From positions 1 through 61,361 of IMG/VR virus record IMGVR_UViG_3300030333_005476: a DNA stretch of 61,361 bases. One strand, 5' to 3'. The notes under the pieces are model-generated. The model saw only the letters and a program-made list of their open reading frames with translations, searched no databases and had not been told where the DNA came from. Made by a program: the position numbers and the translations under genes. This DNA is from a virus (lineage: Duplodnaviria > Caudoviricetes). Each line of letters opens with the position of its first letter. Position 1 is the stretch's first letter. Shown here piece after piece: positions 37,601 through 43,531 of the stretch.

Positions 37601-39405
37601 CTAAAGCCATAGATATCGATTATTCAAAAGCTCAAAAAACTCCAAATAATGCTGGAGCCGTTAGTAACAGTGCTCCAATAAATAGGAATAGAGGAGTTTT
37701 GATTTCTTCGGTTCCTAGCGCTAATACTGCGGGCCACAACCATTTGAGCACCGCTACCGCATGGGCATTAAAGCTGGGCACTTATACACAAAATTGGGCA
37801 AAGGTCAAATACAACGCTAGAACGCCGAAGGGGAAAGGTCCTGAATGTCGCGGGTGGGATGCGGATGGTAATTGTATAGAAATTGATCCAACATGGAAAC
37901 CAGGTTTTGATACCAACGAAAATGGTTACGGAGACCTAGTGTTTATGGGCGGATGGGATTTAATTAACCCCGCTTGGGGTAACGCAACAACAAACGAGGC
38001 TGACCAGTATTTAAGCAACACCCAAGGCGAGAGCGTTATAATTTATGACCCCAGCCGCGCGGTTGGCTTCGGTAAGAAATTTCGAAGACAAGGTGGGTCG
38101 AAAGGTAAAACGGTAATAAACGACACTGCCAGCACCGCAGTTAAAAATGCTTACGTTTTAAAGGTGAATAACAAAACTTATGGCGGAAATTCTGCGGCCA
38201 AACAGGGCGTGATCCACGCGGTATTTTATACCCAAGAATCTTATGAGAAGTACATACAAAATATTCACGTAACTAAAAACGTGCAGGTTTTAGATTATGG
38301 ATCAACAACAGCCGCTTCTGAAACTAGCTGGATAAATATTCCATCTATAAAAGGAGTGAAGGCCGCGTCCGGAGCTAAATCCAAAACTTTTGTTGGCGTT
38401 CAATACGCTATTCTGAAAACAGACACAGCCGCTTGCGAGCACTGCTTGTCTACTGAATTATCCGAAGTGCCTGACAGCAGGACCCACGATTATTTTAAAG
38501 ATAAAATGTACTTTGGCGAGCAATTTTTTATAGGCCAGAAAGTTAAATGGGATATATATAAAGGAAATTACGTTTTCAAGGTTCCTCTAAAATTGACAGG
38601 CAATGACGTGAAAAGCCCTCTAGATGGTTCTAACGTAAGGTTGGAGGATTGGGAAGAGGCTGTTACTCCTCAAGAAGCGGCTTTTGATGAAGACCTATCT
38701 AGGGAACATTATTTATTAACCACGAATTCCCTTAACAGTTGGCAACCACCAGCTCTTTCGTGCGGTGGATATTCTAAGCTAGATAAAATAGTAGACTTCT
38801 CAACTTGGACAAATAGATCGTGGTCACAGATTCCTAAGGGTGGAATAATCGAATGGAACGATGGAAATATGCCAGATGGAGTTATGTATAAGGGTCCGGA
38901 CGCTAGCTCTAATACGATTGTCGGGGAATCGAGCAGCTCAGTTGGCAACGACGTATTAGTTGGCGAGACCATCACTGAGTTTGATGTTAACCCTCAAAAC
39001 TACTCAACGGTGATTGGGAAAGAAAAATACTATTTCCGAGTTGGTAAAATGGTTCAGGTGTACAGCATATCTACCCCCACTAAATACTTAATAGGAGAAA
39101 TAAAACAGTTTGCCATGAATGGTAATTTAGCACGAATAGATATTAAAGTTACCGAAGTGAGCGCCACCTTCGATGACCCCGCCGACAAACAAGTACAATT
39201 AATAGCGCACCCATATAACATGCTTTTTGATGGTGGGGCTTACGATGTACTATCCGAGAGGTTCCCGAACAAGGGTAAAGCTATAACCAACGTAACTGAG
39301 CGTAGAAATGTTGGAACAAAGTCCAAAGATTTAGACTTAAGCAAGGGAGCGTATGACGTCGAGGGCGCTGACAATAGCTACACAAGTAATACTTGGGGCT
39401 CATAA
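28636..39405 (+). CDS. Giant 3589-aa protein, probably virion-associated, function unknown
   Basis: Uninterrupted 10.8-kb ORF; GTGTAA at 28610; AAGG upstream. Confidence 0.85.
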   Translation: MAGIVIQSMGPLTAAQLNERPQGKAFQASAQGSGQVIKDYHLLDPDSVWWRTVHPDEGVVIFGPEIINGKFDLTSETVLQRSRLAGNNLKISPAEAKAVFGLLIDPDNPNEKLHESIMGASKFKHSSFVEKWRGVAATEIANPFKQRFDYSSMQRFLGHAVKYYAAASTLNYLKEAENARAEAIQQWETANSAYLSSGEGARNTAWVTEYNAQFLTQGTTTYQELIPGCPYPWWSGCYRDVTVANGMYGSALSDPWQTTTDPDSLTSLQNLISRTLWENEPRVIAQLGEFDPNSNFRMIAWDEGLNNYASYLNEQGGAANWQSLSSANSFWDVGNFRNEQLNPGARPENLSFATSKKFLKGFLIMGACLAGIGVLARVWGKIREDANSTFNANGFESSESWSHHTSRVLAHTIGQSTLTTWIKNLIQDHDPTQFALNAYQGGKDVVEKCKNIIQSLLTSGRRDVGGDFITSDYRLIDSTYEYTLGGQGALLATTNTIGVNVTLTNSKVLVLKASKVEDVVKEYFKDLPVTAQNWRQKVNAKMHEQFYSSAKRDAILSLAEVGVPGTGAFKIVIQDGGNGYPYGRERLGVNEHGYYIFTFDPATNRVLITGVSDLKYGLAVKPDFLDERQFLTGRFYKISHGVLLENFKELRSSLSQISNIIKTKKSTASKLNAKLVAQQQQNAKSIYWNTPVELPHNYKTANQFKHLNLKTYLDSDGNLSHIPSNNKPHQVWGVELIEVTKQNEKTQAWEEHKNKEGQFEIPDGQVPLKQVAEFNNGTTYATAPNVEDVAWVGYLNGGSRHFNSPRNPAFNILPNSPTNEAQKGIAKEVLFEKTIVRGRDRGTYRAKIKFWGWGSIFVAPADAAAGVADSLLYENRLSDHYKLAHFYDTICKKLDAEIYKACSVINRKFQNHTGGSKFGTLIPTFSAAINNYGMLQRAFVDTRGWDLNNAKKEEGDHQDGGENLKGHGDFTANHFHATNTKTFKLNMGAVGDFNGGCKVLSVGVGRTTLADWDKNNNVHAKAKTKPANPQAVKPKDLDGNAYASNTQIQYDEIKFESMTWDGDGTIHNDKDSKDFTLALHTEFGITIQGHVFVKNVHVRRVVGGEFYSADHLTNEEKSVWGLDPKQAQKFDGRFFICEPYITVDFAEWEAVKGSVSSGGATDAEPENSQAEDDPAPETRTAQALERAVQIEMQQFNAANNIEWASMFNSQWSKLERIAYKTSRNHNFITPYPWSRAKLTNIFSHNVDPDDGAVNAPGKPATILKQIYNIVIQMPKADPNAKPGTTDPRKIGESELKALKSLTYYVPTFSRCGKNKNNISLKETFFSNQTSYNLFTASQKVDEALCGKYSCGAVHAYTRVPPIGLSRAAGVSDSNMKRVDSRGNVLKDANGNDITYTDYKIDGPKDDPLPICGNATITFRFFPTQNTQVRSNLYNESVSSAFLGQTGFNISDSCLPLYEVSDTNGKVTSVKDADGNVIFTVPSKNWLAEIPVRSPGFFAKLVGKTEADYTPATADVTLPEIWGNWSNAQFNRKASGGKESWTSGWVQGALNHDNFVSSIFKIIVELFVGDVSPNLAIFHLRKASAKTRVWDYKNVGTVLGYTYDLRKAYEYHRMMQDGWAPYAHEYAGEDAISTKNPFKKGERNTYNGNSIAVYHLAHVGKILQGFYNDLALSKETWTSSNTKAAPIDPFNESTLTNNIHPSRKQFVSHVFGTLKYDNKDLSLGFRMKGYHGSPLEITENSFESYNQPEKTLTVTRTLSGLCYPVVNDYGYKWERLLLMEDSDKYYDKKAINPFENFQPRSQQRQSNGAKLGHSVFATSDNTVPLGWREIIDGIDEKHNGTIFAQTYTNTAQLSEHYGWNKTIKDYKKEILGNPNATDAEIEKAWNGDADAMVESNFPIRESQEITGPDENDVVQEVQLYTESQGTQGVGYNPWAGFDMSTNTSDYAAGEFIDSSLDNINNQEIRPPLDETFPSKNEWNDLAKAMDEKIKGMAQIFPRIYITDYKFGYQAQENTDGSLISIPINADENGVAKNTNIIDLKNFIKEYIKADKLDQNGNPSWKSDSWSAWDKAYKNAIEGNWGLEGTGSSKTAAMADLSGQALLYSEMVNKFHYLDWDDAAVNGHTTEIKNAVPMDAWGDISTDDQKAKITHTVGWGHTEEEAENNARFALETELINKLFTKAVPNSCMLNYDVTDKTTWKVQSNNPLDSFNLNWKRKSSITTTITDNPETPFCQAGIPADADDHKGCAWIPRKYEIINPDTSSYTNSQNVSFGPISDNTKNNQDKFTSLKSRYHAGNKPDGRDMGEVYKVTDGCLQPKIVSWNRPFNELYGFWCGSDVSENGKNAAKADALSQLAYVYHNVIQYGSPQSPPPNPSSFAGGKILNEPSANVNMGCQCKFPDQDALENSSQAFDPASNKWKVDNNNYSDLKNPYQVKHLSFTDYIEDSVGYIAQHGGQGTAGYRTVTNNPTIYTVEKGFCSIDGYNNQADCTSNGGTWTSKTRVSAKGSTSQEASDRVNGLLNMYKSSDNPAYGIYFGASTNNILSHSNCTECNGTLSTVESDYQNLNFIAWTHGDFSDHLYNMDSFSYNGDAGGSTDPSDWNGWGNTSNIDYCMMQNAYDSPPTANGNGYTGEYGQHGRGYLHNDTVRADWTRWAQSGKINIPVASAGSTDTTLQDLYECIQEQAFEKYIGNDTTFTNGLKDVPPGNDVLFSNMGDFGSQWYDSSHSSYLDLISDGTYTSTADGTVFVDSDTIGVNVGADATATNHYSNWDIPYGNPPNAGNAQNVNQSTCGCEQTTLCSHADAMTAGWDIPGGTSAPNSTYQCYGRVVTKNYTDGNNNIIPISLYEQVISGKATNPDGDTRCGIISQSYWGTLTHKDYDGTNSYTAKMVLNDSCETYAFEISGLCPSVDSNIHKVEVSGTLSCGLTQHKYKAGLLRNKYKGYLFASGLTPWVTGTADWTNGGITVYKNPTTKRVATRFHEQEYVVNYGTDAKAIDIDYSKAQKTPNNAGAVSNSAPINRNRGVLISSVPSANTAGHNHLSTATAWALKLGTYTQNWAKVKYNARTPKGKGPECRGWDADGNCIEIDPTWKPGFDTNENGYGDLVFMGGWDLINPAWGNATTNEADQYLSNTQGESVIIYDPSRAVGFGKKFRRQGGSKGKTVINDTASTAVKNAYVLKVNNKTYGGNSAAKQGVIHAVFYTQESYEKYIQNIHVTKNVQVLDYGSTTAASETSWINIPSIKGVKAASGAKSKTFVGVQYAILKTDTAACEHCLSTELSEVPDSRTHDYFKDKMYFGEQFFIGQKVKWDIYKGNYVFKVPLKLTGNDVKSPLDGSNVRLEDWEEAVTPQEAAFDEDLSREHYLLTTNSLNSWQPPALSCGGYSKLDKIVDFSTWTNRSWSQIPKGGIIEWNDGNMPDGVMYKGPDASSNTIVGESSSSVGNDVLVGETITEFDVNPQNYSTVIGKEKYYFRVGKMVQVYSISTPTKYLIGEIKQFAMNGNLARIDIKVTEVSATFDDPADKQVQLIAHPYNMLFDGGAYDVLSERFPNKGKAITNVTERRNVGTKSKDLDLSKGAYDVEGADNSYTSNTWGS

Positions 39406-39436
39406 ATTTAGAATTTTAAAGAAAAAAAAAGTATAA

Positions 39437-39736
39437 TAATTGACCATATTGGGTGAATTCGGGGAAACTCTCTTTTGAGACAATCCCGAGCCAAGCCAGA
39501 GTGGACTGAGTTTCTCTGGAAGGTGTAGAGACTAGAGGGTGAGTTCCAACGATAACCCCTCCACGAGCGCCCAACGCCGAAAGGTGAAGATATAGTCCGA
39601 ACTATATGGCGACATATAGAAGCTGTAATTAAAAAAACAGTGATAACATAATTGGATTAGTGGGAAGTCGGCTCAGTGTTAGCGCCGCCCCGAGCCAAGG
39701 GTTGGCTCGCTAATAGACTGTCCCGCTGTCGGTTAA
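39437..39736 (+). ncRNA. Group I intron ribozyme, ORF-less and intergenic, apparently circularly permuted
   Basis: P3 TTGGGTG(39449)/CGCCCAA(39568); P4 TTCGGGG(39458)/TCCCGAG(39484); P5 TCTC/GAGA; P6a CCAGAG/CTCTGG; P7 GAGACTA(39528)/TAGTCC(39593); J8/7 AAGATA; P8 CGCC-GAAA-GGTG; P9 CTATATG-GCGA-CATATAG; P9.0 GA/TT before omega-G 39654. Confidence 0.9.
39655..39734 (+). ncRNA. Predicted 80-nt structured exon, released as a circular RNA
   Basis: Bounded by the predicted 3' splice site (39654/39655) and 5' splice site (39734/39735); stems TAGTGGGA/TCCCGCTG, AGTC/GACT, TGTTAG/CTAATA, CGAGCCAA/TTGGCTCG. Confidence 0.7.
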
Positions 39737-39754
39737 CCAAAAAGGAATAAGGAA

Positions 39755-40138
39755 ATGCCAGCTAAGAAGAAAACAACTAAAAAGGCTTCTGCACGTAAGG
39801 GTAAGAGGGTTGACTCTCTTTCTCAAGCCCACGGCAAAGAAGAGAAATATGAGCCAACCACTTTAGATCAAATTTGGGGTGATACAGGAATGTCCAAGTA
39901 TAAAACCTTGGATGTAGAAGAATACGAGGAGCAAATCAAAGAGTATTCCAAGTCCGAGCTTCAAGCTCACGCCGTAAAAGTAGGTTTAATTCCAGTAGAC
40001 AACCCCACGCAGTTAAGAAAAAGACTGATGACCGAGTTTAGGAAGCACGCGTCTGTGTATAAAGCGCCAATTCACGCGAAAAAAGACGAAACTCCCATCT
40101 CTCCAGAAGTACGTAAAATATTAAATGAGGGAAAATAA
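39755..40138 (+). CDS. Basic protein with a small helical domain (Rho-N/SAP/HeH-like)
   Basis: Lys-rich N-terminus; YSKSELQAHAVKVGL.....QLRKRL helix-extension-helix pattern. Confidence 0.7.
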   Translation: MPAKKKTTKKASARKGKRVDSLSQAHGKEEKYEPTTLDQIWGDTGMSKYKTLDVEEYEEQIKEYSKSELQAHAVKVGLIPVDNPTQLRKRLMTEFRKHASVYKAPIHAKKDETPISPEVRKILNEGK

Positions 40139-40180
40139 TTGCTTCTATATCTATGATTTGTGTAATGTTAGATATAGTAT

Positions 40181-40519
40181 ATGGCTGCTCATTATGATTT
40201 AAATATTACTCAAGGGAACTCCTTTCATATAAGGCTTGCTGTCGTTTCGCCTACAGGCACGCCTTTTGATTTGACTAATTGGAATTTGAGGGGCTTTGCT
40301 AAATTAAAGTATTCAGAAAGCAATATTCTTATAGACTTGCAGCCCACCAAAGCATCCCCACAGACTCAAGGGCTTGTTGATATATCTATACCAGCCAGCT
40401 TTACCAAAACGCTCCCTATTACAGAGGGCGTTTTTGATATAGAAATGTATGATGATTCTGGTTTCGTAGACAAACCAATCAAAGGCTATGTAAGAATTTA
40501 TCCGGAGGTTACATCTTAA
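40181..40519 (+). CDS. Small beta-sandwich tail/fibre attachment protein
   Basis: YDLNITQG..F...DLTNW...FDIEM...GYVRIYPEVT pattern common before phage fibre genes. Confidence 0.7.
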   Translation: MAAHYDLNITQGNSFHIRLAVVSPTGTPFDLTNWNLRGFAKLKYSESNILIDLQPTKASPQTQGLVDISIPASFTKTLPITEGVFDIEMYDDSGFVDKPIKGYVRIYPEVTS

Positions 40520-43500
40520 ATGTCGCACACAGTACAAGTCATTACGTCAGGGAAAAGTCTTCAGGCTGTTCCTGTTTATCCAGGTAGCAATGTTCCCGTA
40601 GTAATTCAGGGCACAGTTGGGCCATCAGGAGCGAGAGGCGGCGCTGGGCCTTCGGGCGCTACCGGGCCTGCTGGACCTCAGGGCATACAGGGAATTGTTG
40701 GTCCGTCTGGACCAGTCGGGCCAGTTGGTCCCAGTGGACCGCAGAGCCCAATCACTGGACATTTAATCCCCGATGCGAGTGGCGTATACGATTTAGGCTC
40801 CCAAGGAAAACATTTTAGGTCTTTGTACCTTCACGGGCAAACTATTCATAGTTATGACCCTGCTGCTGGAGGATACAACTCTGTAAAAATAGAGGACGGA
40901 TCAATTTCTGTAACCAAACCAGGACAAATAGTAGAGGAGTGTGCCAGCACCACTTGGTCACAATCAAGCACTTACTCTATAAACGATACGGTCTGTGCTC
41001 AGGTTCCGGGAACCACTGAGTATCAATGCTACGAATGCCAACCCAATTTAACTTCGCTGCCAGACGTAAGCGGCCTTTGCTGCTTGAATAATAATTGTGT
41101 TGTAACCACTCAGGCCAACTGCTGCGCTTCTGGAAGCAGTCTATTTTATCCGAATGTGTATGATTGCAACGCAATGAATATTTGTGATGCGAATGGTAAT
41201 GGTAGCGATCCTTGCCAAGACTCATTTGGAACTGGCGTATCTGCAAACTGCACAGGTGTTCCAGGAAATGACCCGACTTGGCAATATTGCAGCGCCCCAC
41301 CAACGGTTGTAAATACTGATACATGTCCGTGCGCGGATTGGGGGAGGCTTTATAAATTTGGGGGATATGTTACTGATGATAAAAGCCTAGGAGAAGGAAC
41401 GTTTGCTTTTTGGAGAAACCCGTACAACAACGGAACCTCTATGGAAACTGTTGAAAGAGTTCTTTGGAATGACAACGACGCAAAAGGCGAATCAACCATA
41501 TACTTTAAGGATGACGCTCAAAACAAGCGATATGCTTGGCCCCTTGATGAAGACTGGATGGGACGAGACGGTCTTGAGAAAATGCAGAATTATGGGCTGG
41601 GTGGAACATTCGGAGTTTTTAGAAAAGATAAGCCGAATGAATACGTAAAAATTCAATTGAGAAAGCCGACAGTCAACATTGGCGGGCTGAAGGAATCAAC
41701 ATGGGCAAGATTTATTAACGCCTTAAAGAATGGTCAAGCGCTTAATCAAACCTACAGCTTTGTACCTACTGGCGCGAAGTTTTTAGGAGCAAATTGGGAA
41801 AATTTTAATTACGGTTGTGAAGAAGCTTCTGTACCGTATTGTCTTCTTCCAAACGGTAGCACAAGCCCCCTGTTGAAAGAGGCCTGTGAGGATGCTGGGG
41901 GAACATATAAAGAAAGCGAGCCCTTACCGATTACTAAGTCTTGGGGCCAATCTCAATTGAATGGTCCTGATTATTCTTCATACAAATATAATACCAAAAA
42001 TGGGCTCGGAGGATTTAATGGGCCAGATTGGAGCAATACGAGCATAAGAAGTGCTTTAACAGCGCAGCAAATGATGGACGAAGTAACTTCAGCTTTTAAT
42101 CAATGGGCAGATTTATTCAATGATGTTTATAAAGACGTTAAAGACTTTAGCGTGTCCTTTACTAATTTAGGTTTAGAAAACCCAGCTAATTGGGTTGGCA
42201 ATGTAAACGGTATAGAAAACCCAGCTCAATACATTGATGATGTTCGTGAAAAACCAAAAAAACCTCAAGCACTAGAAAATCTCGGTGGCTTCAGGATGGC
42301 GGAAGAGCCCACAGAAGCCTTTAAAGATTTATCGTGGAACAGTAATAATACCGCAGGGTGGCCAGGAGGTTTTAGATTTTCGTTAGTTGATTTTAATATT
42401 AAAAATGAAAACACGCTTGCATCGATGAAGCCTTTGGCTGATGTATTTAGTGATAGTCACAATAAGCCAAGTTCAGATATTATGATTAACGCCAACGTTT
42501 GTTGGAGATTGGATTCTCAAACCGCAAATTATAATTTAATTATAGATACTACATCTGAAAATAAATTTTTTGTACCTACCTTTTCGGGTTACGAAAAGGA
42601 TGCTTGCGATACTGCCAAGCTTACAAAAGAAGGTTGGAATCTCAGAGATTTAGGCGCTTTCCCAAACGCTATTGGCTGCGGCTGGATTGCCCGCAATGAC
42701 TCACCCACAATTGCGGTACAAGTTAAACTCCAGGGCACAGGAGAGCGAACAGTAGTAGTGGCAAAGAAAGGTTGGGCAGATGGTTTTATATCTCTCTATC
42801 CGAAGTTTGGCAATACTAAAAGCTTACAACACGTTATCATGCATGAGATAGGACACTCTCTCGCCTTCAATCACGAAAAAGATGGCTGGCATATGGAGGG
42901 TTTGGGAAATGTAGAAGGAGATAAGAAGCTCCTGTTCTCGGGACCGAAAAAACCCTTCTCTTTAGATCGTCCAGCATCCGTTCAGGACGCCGCAGTTCAA
43001 GCCGCGCAACCCCACAAAACAGAGAACCATCTTTCTTCATTACGAGGGGTTCATAGAACCCATTGGAAAGAAGCGTTTGTGATAATGTCCTCATCGGGTC
43101 CCATAGAGAATTTAAGAGAACTTTTCCCAAATGGGGAAGCTAAAAACTGCGCGCTTCATAGAGAGTATGCAGAAGCATTGGGGTTAATTCATCTAGCGAA
43201 ACACAATCCTTTGGGATACAGAAAGGCTACTATCTTACAAATTACTGAAAACACTTTAAGTCAGCCGTTAAAAATCGGAGAAGAGGTGTGGATATGTTAT
43301 GAGCCTGATATGACTGAAAAGATGGGCGCGCCGCAGCATTTGAATACAAAGGAGAACATAAGAATCTACGAAGAAGAGAGCTTCGGGTGGAATAAACCCA
43401 AACCCATGCAGGAAGGGGAAATAGACGCACTAATACGAGGAATCAACGAAGGGAAGTACGATAACATCGGCCCTTGGGACCCGAATAAAAATTACATCGA

Positions 43501-43531
43501 CGGAAAAGAGCTAGAAAAGGAGGATCATTAA
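40520..43531 (+). CDS. Fibre protein: collagen repeat, Cys-rich region and metzincin (M10-like) domain
   Basis: Gly-X-Y run; many Cys; AFNQW...HEIGHSLAFNH. Confidence 0.8.
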   Translation: MSHTVQVITSGKSLQAVPVYPGSNVPVVIQGTVGPSGARGGAGPSGATGPAGPQGIQGIVGPSGPVGPVGPSGPQSPITGHLIPDASGVYDLGSQGKHFRSLYLHGQTIHSYDPAAGGYNSVKIEDGSISVTKPGQIVEECASTTWSQSSTYSINDTVCAQVPGTTEYQCYECQPNLTSLPDVSGLCCLNNNCVVTTQANCCASGSSLFYPNVYDCNAMNICDANGNGSDPCQDSFGTGVSANCTGVPGNDPTWQYCSAPPTVVNTDTCPCADWGRLYKFGGYVTDDKSLGEGTFAFWRNPYNNGTSMETVERVLWNDNDAKGESTIYFKDDAQNKRYAWPLDEDWMGRDGLEKMQNYGLGGTFGVFRKDKPNEYVKIQLRKPTVNIGGLKESTWARFINALKNGQALNQTYSFVPTGAKFLGANWENFNYGCEEASVPYCLLPNGSTSPLLKEACEDAGGTYKESEPLPITKSWGQSQLNGPDYSSYKYNTKNGLGGFNGPDWSNTSIRSALTAQQMMDEVTSAFNQWADLFNDVYKDVKDFSVSFTNLGLENPANWVGNVNGIENPAQYIDDVREKPKKPQALENLGGFRMAEEPTEAFKDLSWNSNNTAGWPGGFRFSLVDFNIKNENTLASMKPLADVFSDSHNKPSSDIMINANVCWRLDSQTANYNLIIDTTSENKFFVPTFSGYEKDACDTAKLTKEGWNLRDLGAFPNAIGCGWIARNDSPTIAVQVKLQGTGERTVVVAKKGWADGFISLYPKFGNTKSLQHVIMHEIGHSLAFNHEKDGWHMEGLGNVEGDKKLLFSGPKKPFSLDRPASVQDAAVQAAQPHKTENHLSSLRGVHRTHWKEAFVIMSSSGPIENLRELFPNGEAKNCALHREYAEALGLIHLAKHNPLGYRKATILQITENTLSQPLKIGEEVWICYEPDMTEKMGAPQHLNTKENIRIYEEESFGWNKPKPMQEGEIDALIRGINEGKYDNIGPWDPNKNYIDGKELEKEDH

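Noticed and set aside
39361-39448. Conventional upstream 5' exon/P1 for the group I intron
   Set aside because: No nearby upstream sequence pairs with GACC to give a U.G site (GGCT mismatches). The upstream gene ends with its own stop, and no interrupted gene can be rebuilt.
39661-39728. Hairpin ribozyme (GGAA-GTC opposite GAC-TGTC resembles loop A)
   Set aside because: The register is off by one and there are no loop B sequences.
39655-39734. Exon as a permuted tRNA-Ile (junction TT-GAT-TA looks like an anticodon loop)
   Set aside because: There is no anticodon stem around that loop, no TTC T-loop and no cloverleaf.
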